64,000 bases of DNA from Selaginella moellendorffii (Eukaryota; Plantae; Lycopodiophyta): the NCBI RefSeq assembly GCF_000143415.4, contig NW_003314267.1:3848446-3912445 (forward strand), read 5' to 3'. The position numbers were made by a program, and so were the translations under genes. Below the pieces are notes generated by a model. It had not been told where the DNA came from, did no database searches, and saw nothing but the letters and a program-made list of their open reading frames with translations. Position 1 is the stretch's first letter; every line of letters starts with the position of its first letter. Of this stretch, positions 1 to 13,600 are shown piece after piece.

Positions 1-2824
1 GTTTCTGCTCCCCCGCGTCGGCGCTTTCAGCGTGCTACACACCAAATACGACGTTAGTTAGAGCCATGTATGTCACACAACTGATCTTTACCTGAGAAGC
101 CAGTTCGGCTGCTTCTCTTTCATGCTGTTAAAGAGTCAGTAGAAGGCTATGACGTCTGCTCCAGTACTCGAGTTGCAAGCCTCGGTACTCCTCGTCGCGC
201 TCTATCTTGGCCAAAATAGCACCGGCATAGCCTTCGAGAAGAACATCGGCTATATCAGCAAGAGATACCATCACCTTTTCCTTTGACTGGACGTCCATAA
301 GATGAGTCGCCAGTCGCCATAATCGGGAACGCACTGTTTACCAGGGCGTCAAGCCCTCTGGCGACGGATACCATGTCTGTTGTGTATCTCTGTACTGAAT
401 GCCAGCTCTAACAGCAGAGGAGCAGGCGTCGGCAACCTCGCATAAGCGTTCGGTTTGTGACTTCAGTGACATCTCCTGCCCGATTATAGCTTGACTGTGT
501 TCATTGATGCAACCGAAAAGCTCTTCTATGTCTGATCCCCGCGTAAGAAACACCTCCATCTTTTCCTTCACATTCTTCCTGCGAGCTTTCTCTCCGACTA
601 GCTGAATTGTATCCCAGAGAGCTCCAGTAATCTCAGCTTCTTCTGCTTCACCACGGCTCTGGCCAGGAGCTCGAGAGTTGTACGTGTCCTTGATCTTTAG
701 CAACGCAGCAAGTTTCTCACCATGCTCCAGGATCGTGTGCAGACTACTCCCTGGTCAAGACGTTGTTCAGCAGCCAAAAACGGAGAGAGAAACTTAATAC
801 ACGGACTTACTTCGTTGGTGCCGAAGGACCTCATGACATTTAGAAGCTGCGAGAAAATTCAGATACTGTTGATGGCGCTTTTATTTCTCAGTAAGTTGCG
901 AAGTAATGGCCATCGTGGCTGCACCTCCAGCTCCACCCGAAGCCCAATGCTTGGCTATTGTATCGACAATTGACTTGCTGAAGCGAGCGAAAATATTCAT
1001 TTCGCCTTCGTCATCGAATGCTCCGGTCTTCTGTAGCTTCTCAAAGACCGCGATCACTTGCCGAGTAGTCAGATAATGTTGAAATTGCTGACCGACTGTT
1101 GCCTCTGCTTCTTCATCTTGGAGAAGACGTTGAGTGGAATTCCTTGTCAGGACTTTTCCCACACCATCCGTGCTTTCGACTGCTAATCGTCGCCTCTGCT
1201 CCTTGACGGACTCGTCTTTAGCACTGCCTTTCCGCGAGAGGCTCCTTTCCGGTGGCTCAACAGCACCAAGCAGCACAGCTCTTTCAGGAATCCCCCACAC
1301 TCCTGCTTTCTCGGTCAAAACAAGCTAAGCGCCTTCGTCGCTGTCATCCACCGAAGGTACCACAGAAGCGTCTAAAACTCTGCCGGCATCCCATGCAAGA
1401 TCGAACTGGTATAGCCGACCAACGCCGTGTAAGTAATGAGAGATCGTTGCGGTGCCATCACCTGCAAGAACCATGGCTGAACCGGCAGGCTTTCCACCAA
1501 CTCGGAGCTGCATCGAATACAGAACTCCTCCACCTCTACTCGAGCCTTCGGTAAGATAACTCGTGCTGGAGCTAAAGTGAGCATGAAGTACTGCATGTAA
1601 CTGGAGCTCGTGACTCGATCCTTGGATAAAGATGCCGCTAGCACCGTCAGGTTCTTCTCCGCAGTAACTTGCAAATCGAGAAGCCACACTTGTTTCTGAC
1701 TCGTTAGATCCTTTAAAACCTCCGCGTCTTCGGAGATATCGTAAGCCCAGGCCTTTGAGAGCTGACCACCTTTCACTAACTGCACGTCCCAGCACTCGAT
1801 CCCCCTGGGAGTCAGCAGTAAAAGCTCCTCCCGTGACCACCACACGAGGGAACGGACTATGCCACTGTTGTTGAAATCGAAAGGCCCAAAGTTGTCGCTC
1901 TCCCCACGAACCTCAGCATTTACAGACCGCCAGGAAATCCCAGACACGGAGCAGTCGAACCTCCATAAGTTCCCCAAGCAGCTGGCGATGGCTACGCATT
2001 CCAGGTTTCTAAGTCCTGTGGCGATGAGTGACTTCACCGGCTGTATCTGCTCGAGGACCATACGACGACGAAGCAGACCTCCGTCCGGGAGCTCCACCAT
2101 ATCTGTCATCTATCTGAAGAAGCTTGTCATCCGGCATAGCCACCACAGGCAAGATTTCTGTGTCCCTGAAAATATCCGGCCAGTAAACCACCGTCAAGCT
2201 CTTCTGACTGCATAGAACGAGGCTAGCTGAAACGCGACCTTTCACGAGACTAGACTCCTTCCCACGATTCACAATCCGGACGAGCCAGCTACTTCCATGT
2301 CTGGAATCAATACTCTGACCATCGCCTTCCGTGCAAAGCTGTGGTGGGACGTTGAGAATCTTACACTCTGACGACGCCTGGTTGCGCAAATGGCTTCACA
2401 GGAAGATCTTGGTCCTGTGGAGCATCCAAGAGAGACCACTTCCGCCATCCATTCCCTCTGAAAAGGAAAACAGAAATCGGTCTTTTCTTAGAAAGCACTG
2501 ATCGATCGACTTGCCTGAGCGATGTGAAGGAGCTGCCTCCCTAACAGCAGCTCTAAGCTGATGAGGAAAATCGCACACAAAGACAGGGTCACAGCCGTCG
2601 GCGCTGGATTTCTTGCCTCCACTCTTCAAAATGGGAGCCATCCTACGACGAAAGCACACGGCCATCGCCTACATTTCTCGAGAGAGCCTCGAAAATCCAT
2701 ACCTGAAATGCTTGGAGGCAGGAGAAGGCGTCGGCATCGGCGGCGCTTGTGGAGGCCAGATCCCAGCGCAGCCGCTGGCGAATCCGCGCCATGCCCGAGC
2801 GCCTCGCGAGGCGGGAGAGAACAT
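1..2824 (-). pseudogene. NUP133: Nucleoporin NUP133 pseudogene (continues past the left window edge)
   Basis: Translated segments match plant Nup133 motifs in order: MFSP start (ATG 2824), PVFVCDFPHQLR, SQKQVWLLDLQV, SMQLRVGGKPAGSAMVLAGDGTAT, TEKAGVWGIPERAVLLGAVEPPERSLSRK, SKSIVDTIAKHW, WYPSPEGLTPW. In-frame stops at about 2396, 1325, 881, 338 and 128, plus a frameshift near 1525. Confidence 0.9.
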
Positions 2825-2925
2825 CATAGCCTGATGTGATCGTTGTCCACGTCAGTGTCCCCATTCCTTTGAAAACTTCATACTTCCCATAGAAAGACTA
2901 GGGCTGTTAAGCCCTAGAAAAACGC

Positions 2926-2933
2926 TAGGGTTT
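2926..2933. promoter_or_regulatory. Telo-box (TAGGGTTT) upstream of NUP133
   Basis: AAACCCTA-type motif about 100 nt upstream of the ATG; typical of plant housekeeping promoters. Confidence 0.4.
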
Positions 2934-3965
2934 AAGCATTTTTGTTAGAAATGCGCTAGCAAAGCGATGGGCATATTCGTCAATCTCGACGATTCACTGA
3001 CGATAATCCAAGGCTCTGGAGCTCTTGCACTTGGAGTTCTCTTCTCTAGGGACCAGGACGTTGCCTAGCTCTTCTTGTTTCTTTCACAAGTCCCGCCAAA
3101 GCAAGGTATATACACATGTCGAAATAATTTCTGAGGATTATATTCTTGTAATTACGCTAAACTGTTCACAACTCCTAAAAATCGGTGCAAGAATAAATGG
3201 AATGTAGAGGAAGACAAGCTGCTTCACTTATACTCAAAAACATCGTGCACAAATACCACCCATTAACAATCATCCCACGAGTTGCATGCAGGAAGCTTTA
3301 AGTTGAGCTATATAAGACCAAAACTTTGGATCACTGGCAAGCAATTAATATGGCTGGAGTGCTCAAGGTTAGCGTATATGTGATCCCATTCATCACAGTT
3401 GTGATTGCATTGGATACTGGGAGTGTGACCATCACTGCGCATGTTGTATCAGATTGTGATGAACAAATTGATACATATTGTAATTGTGGTCAATGCCAGA
3501 CATTAGAAGAAGTTTGAAGGTTATAAGATTTGGGAATCCACCAGATTGTGGAGGTACATCCCCAAGAAACATGTGAGGACGGGGCTTCCATTCTCAGCTT
3601 CATTATAAAATGTTCAGAATGAAATGCTGCCCATGTTTATTAAATAAATGAGAAGTTGTGTTTCAATCGATGCAATGTGTCTGTGTGATGTATGTTCAGA
3701 ATTGGATGGATTGCAACTGCTTCTTTGAGGATTGGGGATGATTGCTCCTCCTTCACCTTCTGGAGCACAGCAAAATCCTCCTAAGATAATCGTCCCAGGC
3801 AATACGAACGTGTTCGAGGACCGGGATTCACCTTCTCAGCCTTAACCGCGATTGAGCTGCTTGCGGGCATGTTTTCATCTTTTGAGCTTCTTATTCCAGG
3901 GCAGCTTTAGGAAAGCAAAGACGCAATGGGGGGAAACCTCAAACTCCACAGCTAGCTTGCCAACT

Positions 3966-4083
3966 TGAAGAGAAAATAAGTTGCCATTCACACGTCAATC
4001 ACACTTTATATACAGACTATTCCTGACTGATTGGTGCGTGATTCCTGAGGACCTGAGCAAATCACCAACTGCTACCTTCCACA
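3966..4083 (-). repeat. Copia 3' LTR (118 bp)
   Basis: Direct repeat of 16658-16775; TG...CA ends. Confidence 0.9.
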
Positions 4084-4374
4084 TGCCCTCCTTGATCTGC
4101 TTCATGTACTCCCAGTTTTCTCCTGAGGTGAAAAAACTGTGCCTCACCCAATGCCTTCATAAAGATGTCTGCTGTTTGCTGCCTTGTTGGAATATACGCC
4201 AGGGTCACTTGTCTTTTCTCGACTTGGCCACGAACAAAATGATATTGGATCTCTATATGCTTTGTCTGCCCATGAAACACTGGATTTTTTTGAGATGGCA
4301 ATGCAGCTTCTGTTGTCTGTAAAAAGTGGAGTGGCATCCTTTTGCTCCTGTCCAAGTTCTTGTAGCATAAGCCT

Positions 4375-4949
4375 CATAGTTGCAGCTAGACGTGCAAACG
4401 TTCCAACGTGTCAATGTTTAAACGCCGTTTAAAACGTTTTTTTCAGGACAATCCAACGTTTACATGTTAAAGCCTAAAATGATTAAGAAAACACTAATAT
4501 TTACTAAATACACTTTAATCTGATATTAAGTTCTCCGTGCTTGCCACTATAAATTCTGCTCTTGAACCCTGTGCGGCTTGCTGCAGCAGATGATCATCGG
4601 CATCTGCTGGGTCTGCTAACTCGGAATCAGAAAAACTGCTGCGAGCTTTTTTAAGAACCTCATAAGGGATCTCCCTCATTGCCTTGCACGTTTTCACACC
4701 TCTTGCCCGAACTCTAGTGAGATGTGCTCGCACTCGGTCCGCTCCCCCAGTGTGAATCTCATGACAATACTTACATGTCTACTGCCGCTCTGCTCGTATC
4801 ACATGCTTTCAGCTCAAGCATTCACGGCATCCTCCAATTCCTGTCATGACCACAAGAACCCTGAAGAAACCCTAAAGAAACCTTTGTCTCTTTTCACAAA
4901 TAGTGCAAATGCGTTGGGAGTTTAGAACGGCGTTTTTTAACGTGTTATG
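4375..4949 (-). mobile_element. Non-autonomous hAT-type DNA transposon fragment with BED zinc-finger remnant
   Basis: Perfect 8-bp TSD ataagcct (4367-4374 and 4950-4957). CATA...TATG termini. Interrupts Copia RNase H at WLRL/MLQEL. Minus strand encodes TCKYCHEIHTGGADRVRAHL...GVKTC, a BED-like finger. Confidence 0.78.
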
Positions 4950-7624
4950 ATAAGCCTTAGCCATACTATCTCCTTTGCTGCTGTTGAAGCTGCTACATAC
5001 TCTTCTTCTACACTGGAAAGAGCCACATACTCTGCTTCTACACTGGAAAGAGCCACCACAATTTGCTTTTTACTCAGCCAGTTCACTGCTGCCCCAGAAA
5101 GTAGACAACATACTCCAGATGTTGATTGCCTAGTATCCACATCACCTGCCCAATCTGCATCCGAGTATGCAATGAGTTTGAGTGTAGAGCTGTTGTCTCT
5201 TTCATAGACTAAACCAAACTGCTTAGTCCTTTTGAGATATCGTTTGGCTGCCTTCATGTGTTTCTGTGTCAGATAAGAGGTGTAGCGACTAAGTACTCCA
5301 ACTGCAAAAGCAATGTCAGGCCATGTGCAGGTGGAGATATATAAGAGGCTGCCAACAAGTTTTTGGTATGGTCTGATATCTTGAAGTACCTCAAGCTCAG
5401 AACATTGAGAGAATATTGTACCAAAGACCATTGGTGTTGGAGCCAAGTGTTCATGAAGTATCTTATCAACCTGTACACACTGTATGATTGCAATGTGGAA
5501 ACGATCTGGACTTTGATGAACTTCTATACCAAGGATTTTCTAGACCTTCCCAAGATCTGTCATCCTATACTGCTGCATCAAAATCTGCTTGACCTTTTTA
5601 AGGTACTCTTCTGCATTGCTAACAAGCAAACAGTCATTGACATACACTGCCATGACCAAAAAATCTATTCCTTCCTGCTTCCAATAAAGGTTTCCATTTG
5701 AGTTGAGCTTTTGGAAACCTTTCTACCGCAAGAAATTATCTGCCTGTTTAGCCCATAGATGGATTTTCTTAGCTCCCAAACAAAGTCAGGACCTGTCTCA
5801 AAACCTTCTGGTTCATGCATGAAGATCTCCTCGTTCAAAGTGGCATTTAGAAAAGCTGTCTTGATGTCCATGTAATGAACATGCAAACAAAACTTAGCAG
5901 CAAAAACTTTTAGTGTCTGCAAACTTGCCACCTTCACAACTAATGAGCAGAGACCTTATACACCCATTTCCTCTTAATGATCTTTCTTCTAGGTGGAGCT
6001 TTACACAACTTGAAAGTGCTATTTTGATTGTGAGTGTCAAGTTCTTCCTTCATGGCCTGGATCCACTTCTCTACATCTGGTCCTAAGATAGCTTCCTGGT
6101 ATGTGCTTGGCACATGAATGCTCAAGATTTTTGGTCTAGGAGGTTGCAGTGTTCTTCCAGATTCATCCTTCCTCTATTTTATGTGTCAAAATTCAGCTCA
6201 ACTATCAACCTCTTAGATTCTAGCCTCTTTTGATGGTATTATGGAGGTTCTTCAACTTGAGCTACTGCTAGAGGCTCTTGAACTTCTTGATTTTGCTCAA
6301 AATCTTTAACTTGGGAGTAATGAAAGTCATCAAGAAGGAGGTCATGGTTGTCCACTCTATAAGCTATTGTAGCCTCTTTCAGGTCTGTTGAGACTTTGCA
6401 AAATGATGATCTTTGTATAAAATGCCTTCATCAAACATGACATCTCGTGATACAATCACCTTATGCTAGTTTGGGAGATAGATGTGATAACCCTTCTTCT
6501 GTCCATCTTATCCAACAAGAAAACTAAAGACACTTTTGTCATCAAGCTTCTTCAAACCATCATCGAGAACTTTAGCATAAGCAATGAGCCAAAAACTCTC
6601 ATGCTTGCTATGCTTTGTCAATGACCTACCTCTGGAATGACATCCCTTTTTCTAGCTAAAGGGATTCTATTCTGGACATGAATTGCTACTTGGACAACTT
6701 CTTGCCAAACAAAGTTGGGAAGACCAACTACTTTCATCATGGATCTCGCTGCATTTATGATTGTTTTGTTTTTTCGTTCTGCTACTCCATTTTGTTGTGG
6801 TGTAGTTGTACATGTGAACTCTTGCCAAATGCCTCTTTCAAGACAAAATACCTTGAATTCATTTGATGTGTACTCTCCTCTTGAGTCTAAGCGCAATATC
6901 TTCAATCTTCTATCCAGTTACCTCTTAGATTGCTCAAGAAAGATCTTGAAAGCTGCAAAAGCATCACTTTTCTTGCTCAAACAGAAAATCATGCACCTTC
7001 CAGTGAAGTTGTCGATCATAGTCATGAAGTAAAACTTCCCTGAGAGTGACTAAACTTGCATAAGACCACAAAGATTTGGATGCACGAGCTCCAAAGGTTG
7101 CTTGGTACATCAAGATGAACGAAAAAAAGAACTCTATGCATGTTTGCTAAGTTGACAACCATGACAAATATGTTTTGCTTCCAAGAGTAGATCATCCAAT
7201 CCATCCACCAAGTTCTGTGACTTGATGGATTTTAAAATACGCACATTTGTATGTGCAAGTCGAGCATGCCAAAAAGAGCTGTCTTATTCTCCACATTTGC
7301 AGCCTTAAAAATGCCTGGAGCTATTGAGGAAATTGGAGGTCTTTTACGAACAGGAAGCTCATATAAATTATAAACCCTTCTAGCAGTCTAGACTTCTTGT
7401 CCTCAAATCCTTCTGCTTGAGATTGTGGTCCATGTCCTTGTCCTTGTCCTTGCGAGTGCCATGACCACATCATCGTCCTTGGCCACACCTTCCTCTTCCA
7501 CGATATTGAGTTGTGGCTGCTCCAACAAACTCCACATGTGAAGCAATCGACCAAAAATTAGCATTAATTTCTGCTTTGATCATGCGCTCAACATCATCAA
7601 TCATAGCAGCAGTGCTGTGGACAT

Positions 7625-10600
7625 TGTAACACACGTGGTTTTGACCCTTTATCTTATGGTGATTTACCATAGGATAACACCACGAAGCAGAACTTAAACC
7701 CTCTTTATGCCACGTGTCATATGCCATATGTCTATCCCATGTGTCCATAGGAACTCGAGGTTTAGGGCCTTGGGCCACTGAACGAAAGAACGGTGCCAAA
7801 CTCCCAAGCATGGAGCCAAGGAGTGATGGAACCGAACCACAGAATAACTCTCGAGCATACAGCCTAAAAAGCGAAGGGACAGGAGCCCAGAGCGACTTGG
7901 AACAGTCCTGGAACAACCAGCATCCTAATGCTAGGACTAACACGCAAAACGGAGCCAAATGGAGTTTGGCGCTATTTCGGCATACTAGTGGCCTAACGCG
8001 AGGAAATGAGTACCCCACCAACTAGCATGGTATGGAACTTGGGCTTAGACCCAAGCCGGATGTAGAACAAGGACAGGTACGCAAGCGAGAGCTAGACTAT
8101 GCCTCAGGTTGGTCAGCCATGCCCGACCTACCCACTATCCCTACTATACATTTGGAACCCCCCATATCCCCCCCCCCCCCCCCCCCCTCTGAGGAACACA
8201 CGCTTTGGGCTTTCATCCCAAGCCTCCCTTAGTATCAAGAGTTAGTTTCTAGGACAAATTTGAAACTTATTAAATATGGAATGTCCCTAATTTGTGAATT
8301 TGGACACGGGACGAACACCATTGTGTTCAAGCCGACCTCAACATTCCGTAGACATGCCAAATGAGCGAATCTAGACACTTTCCATAAATAAAACTTATGA
8401 CCAAAATGAGACTAATATAAAGGGCATGATAGCGAAGGTGTTTAGCAGACACGGTAAGCTATCATCCGGCGATATTGAGGGACTAGTCTCAATACGCAAG
8501 GGTTCTTGCCAAGCCAATGCAAGACAGAGCAAAAGAGAACTAAAAGCCAGGCCGAGAATGCTCAGCTAGAAACACATAAGAGTTCCTACCTTATGTCCAT
8601 CTGGCTAAGTACAGATGTTAAGCCCAGTTTACTAACACTTGGACAAGAGGGGCCAATAAAGGGAACCAGCAATATCGACCTCCTGCCATCGTGGCAGTAA
8701 GGTAAGAGTGTACGTAAGAACTGGCCGACAGGTAACTTTCGATACCCGAAGTCACATTTGCGACACTCTCCCCCCCTTGGGAAGATCGACGTCCTTGTCG
8801 ATGCATACTCAAGTCTAGAATACTGCCAAGGAAACAACTTCAGAAAAAGTTCACGGTACTCACACTATGTGAGAAATGCACCAACTTAAATGAGTTAGGA
8901 GGCAACCTCTGTGTTTAACGCGGATGCACTACCAACTCAGACACCTTCCGGCCGTCGCCGACAAGGAAATGACCAACGGAGTCAGCCACCCTTGCTGCTC
9001 TGGGTGTCACCCAGCTACAAAAGTGTGATATGCCCCTACCCGCAAGGACATAGAGATAGAAGCCAGAGGCCCCAACCCTCCTGAGCAAAGAAACCAAACC
9101 TGTTGATAAGGTTTAAATAGACTACTGTAAATAGGCAGTTAGAGTTGTTTACACGGTCACGCCCTTTCATGTTCCTACCTTATGTCCATCTGGCTAAGTA
9201 CAGATGTTAAGCCCAGTTTACTAACACTTGGACAAGAGGGGCCAATAAAGGGAACCAGCAATATCGACCTCTTGCCATCGTGGCAGTAAGGTAAGAGTGT
9301 ACGTAAGAACTGGCCAACAGGTAACTTTTGATACCCGAAGTCACATTCGCGATAGACATTGATAACAAGAGCTTGATTCAACTTCTCAAAAGCCTTACTG
9401 AGTGCCAAGATTTCTTTTTGCTTCACTGTAGCCACACCCGCTTTCCTCCAATTCCTGAAAAAGATGACAAAAATCTTGGAAGAGAACTCATAAATCCTCC
9501 TTACCAGTGTAGCACTTTGATAAAATTTCTATCTCAATCACTATGATCTCTACAGTAGTCCTTATCCCATAGCACAGAAGGAGGCAATCCCAGATTTTTG
9601 CAATAGACTTGTCTCTTGTTGCATATGCTAGATGCTTTGCTAGCTTTGATTTGATGATGGCTTGAGCAGTCTACTCTTGACTGCTACTGCGAGTGAACTT
9701 AGTGGCTGAAGAATCAGCACCTTGGGGAGATGCCCATCAAGCTCAACACAAGGTTTAGGGCCTTGGGCCACTGAACGAAAGAACGGTGCTAAACTCCCAA
9801 GCATGGAGCCAAGGAGTGATGGAACTGAACCACAGAGCAACTCCCGAGCATACAGCCTAAAAAGTGAAGGGACAGGAGCCCAAAGCGACTTGAAACAGTC
9901 CTGGAGCAACCAGCATCCTAATGCCAAGACCAGCACGCAAAACGGAGCCAAATGGAGTCTCGTGCTATTTTGGCATACCAGTGGCCTAACGCGAGGAAAT
10001 GGGTACCCCACCAACTAGCATGGTATGGAACTTGAGCTTAGACCCAAGCCGGATGCAAAACAAGGACAGGCACGCAAGCAAGAGCTAGACTATGCCTCAG
10101 GTTGGTCAGCCATGCCCGACCTACCCACTATCCCTACTATATATTTGGAACCCCCCCCCCCCCCCCCCTTGAGGAACACACGCTTTGCGCTTTCACCCCA
10201 AGCCTCCCTTAGTATCAGGAGTTAGTTTCTGGGGCAAATTTGAAACTTACTAAATATGGAATGTCCTTAGTTTGTGAATTTGGATACGGGATGAACACCA
10301 TTGTGTTCAAGCCGACCTCGACATTCCGTAGACATGCCAAATGAGCGAATCTAGACACTTTCCATAAATAGCACTTGGGACCAAAATGAGACTAATATAA
10401 AGGGCGTGATAGCGAAGGTGTTTAGCAGACACAGTAAGCTATCATCCGGCGATATTGAGGGACTAGTCTCAATACGCGAGGGTTCTTGCCAAGCCAGTGC
10501 AAAACAGAGCAAAAGAGAACTAAAAGCCAGGCCGAGAATGCTCAGCTAGAAACACATAGGAGTTCCTACCTTATGTCCATCTGGCTAAGTACAGATGTTA

Positions 10601-13600
10601 AGCCCAGTTTACTAACACTTGGACAAGAGGGGCCAATAAAGGGAACCAGCAATATCGACCTCCTGCCATCGTGGCAGTAAGGTAAGAGTGTACGTAAGAA
10701 CTGGCCGACAGGTAACTTTCGATACCCGAAGTCACATTTGCGACACTCTCCCCCCCTTGGGAAGATCGACGTCCTTGTCGATGCATACTCAAGTCTAGAA
10801 TACTGCCAAGGAAACAACTTCAGAAAAAGTTCACGGTACTCACACTATGTGAGAAATGCACCAACTTAAATGAGTTAGGAGGCAACCTCTGTGTTTAACG
10901 CGGATGCACTACCAACTCAGACACCTTCCGACCGTCGCCGACAAGGAAATGACCAACGGAGTCAGCCACCCTTGCTGCTCTGGGTGTCACCCAGCTACAA
11001 AAGTGTGATATGCCCCTACCCGCAAGGACATAGAGATAGAAGCCAGAGGCCCCAACCCTCCTGAGCAAAGAAACCAAACCTGTTGATAAGGTTTAAATAG
11101 ACTACTGTAAATAGGCAGTTAGAGTTGTTTACACGGTCACGCCCTTTCAACGAAAAAGGAACATCGACAGAGAGGCAAGTTATGTGACCAGTTGACAGTA
11201 GCTACCCCATGACTAGAGATTTCACCATGCACACGAAGTGCCGAAGCCAGTCTGCCTATACTAGCCCAAACTCAAAAATCAATAGATGGACAATATCAAA
11301 GTCATAAACAATGATATCTTAGAGACGTAATTATCAGTGAATATATCTTAGATGAGAACACAAAAGTATTCCAAGTAAGTTATCATCCGATAAACTAGTA
11401 TTACAGTATAAGAACCACCAAGATCACCATAATTAGAAAACATAGGATTCACCATCTAACAAAATTCAATAGCAAGTATATCATCGAGTAAACTCAATGA
11501 GAAAACTTAACTACCGAAGATTGTAGACAGTATGCTAAACAACGTACCAAAGATAACTTAAAGAACACAAAGTATCCTTAACCGACAAACACAATGCTCG
11601 CAAATGTATCACCCGAAGGAAATAACATCATAATCTATTAGGACTAACTCAAGCAACAATCAACAAAACAGAATGAATGTGGTAAGACCAACAAACACTT
11701 AGTCATGCCAACCATCACATAAGTCAATTGGAATAGATCCCGGTCAACAATACCAAGGAACGAATCCGACTCAACCGCAATAAGCTCACTAATGCATTTA
11801 GTCAATAGCTCTGAGCATGCCTTGAAGAGGCTAGCTATGCATAATCAACACTTAGTCGAAACTAAAGTGAAGACCACAAGATGGACTCATATCGGTACAC
11901 AACCTCCTCATAGACAAAGCTATACTATGGGTGCCAACATCTCAACTCAAACAACTAAGTTGGACATCACCATCCTCAGCCAAGGTGCAGGGCTACCAAA
12001 ACTAAATCAAGATCAGTAAGAGCTCACTACTCTCATAAAGTTTAACGAAATGCAAGGTGCAAACTGCCACCAAGCACAACATTATAGAAGAAAGGCACAA
12101 GGGTCATCCTTCTTAGAAAAGCGTAACGGCCACTTTTCTATGCCAACTCCAAACTCTATCCAACTTAATTACTTTAACCCCAAAAGTTAGCATCCCTTTC
12201 GGGTTGTATCATATAAACTATTTACTAAGGTCTAAGCCAACAGAAGTCAACTCTAACCCTTTCACTAGTTTGTATTGGCTTACGAAAACGGAATGGTTTT
12301 CGGGCAAAGTGATCAACAGATCAGCCATTGGAAAAGCCTAAGAAAATTTGTGGAAAATTTTCCATCCTAGAGAAAGAATGACTCTCAGTCTAGGATTGCA
12401 AACTTTCAAGACTCAACTAACTTCCTCCTATTAACAACTTCACATAGGTTCACCTCAACACAAATTCTCATGACCCATAGTATACTGAAGCTTCGAACAT
12501 CTTTGCCCATACTTCTGACATCCAACACTGATATCCGCAAAGTGCAAAATAAACATCCAAGGCTTGATCACGAAGACCACATCTTCAGATATCCACATTG
12601 CACTAACACTCTTCTTCAATCACCTTCAAGATCCAATATGAAGCCAAAACACTAACAAGAAAAATGGCATGGAAAATCAAGGTCCAAGGAAAATTCCTCA
12701 TCACTCGAATAATAATGCTACTTCCACTAACACAAGTGCTAGCAATGTTAATGCCTCAACTACACACTTTCTCCATCCAACAATTTACTCCAAGTGCTAA
12801 CAGATCAACTTACAAACCATAGCAAGTGAATGCTATAACCCTTTTCCAACACCTAATGGGCAAACTCAAGGAAACAAGGTACCAACTTAAGCTTAGTATA
12901 ACGGACCACCATTGAGAATTTAGTCAAAGCTACTACAATGCTATTTCGTGCAAGTAGATTAGCTTCTCCATCAACCACTTTGGGGTTGATTATTGTTTAA
13001 CCAAGCAACTTCGTAAACACATTACTCATTATACATGGATATGATATAAGTATCACAATGACTTGATCATCAATCAAGCAACACTATAAGTAATGTCTAT
13101 GTTATTACTTCAAAGGTGTATGTGAATATCAAGTGTCAACTCAATTCGACAAAATGCAATATAAATGCCACACCCCACCAATAGAGATTTACAACACCCG
13201 ACACCACTAACTTTTGTTCACAACACGTACAAGTTCATGCCACTCTCTTTCTGACCAAACTCAACACTAATCCAACACCAAGCTACTCAAAGCACAATAG
13301 CAAGGTTCTCCGGAAAAGAATTGAACATTGCAACCCAAGTCTTCCAATAGCAAGTCTAGATAAAATGGTTTAGCGTTTCACCACTATCCATCCCATAACT
13401 CACAACTTGTAAGACCATCATTTCCAACATGCATCAAGGTAAGAACTCATGATTGCATATTGTGAACACGAGCAATGAGTTACACTTTGTTGCAAATCAT
13501 CCCTCCAAGAGAAAATGAATTACGTGTTTGATCCTTTGTCCCTAACAACTCTCTTTCCGGCCTCATCTTGACTAAACCTCAAGCTTGCGTTCGCACTACC

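Noticed and set aside
128-2398. NUP133 stops read as readthrough or reverse-editing sites
   Set aside because: A frameshift is also present and the changes are of mixed types; simple decay explains them
4995-5056. 30-nt tandem duplication in Copia RNase H (VALSSVEAEY/VALSSVEEEY)
   Set aside because: Ordinary slippage in a dead element
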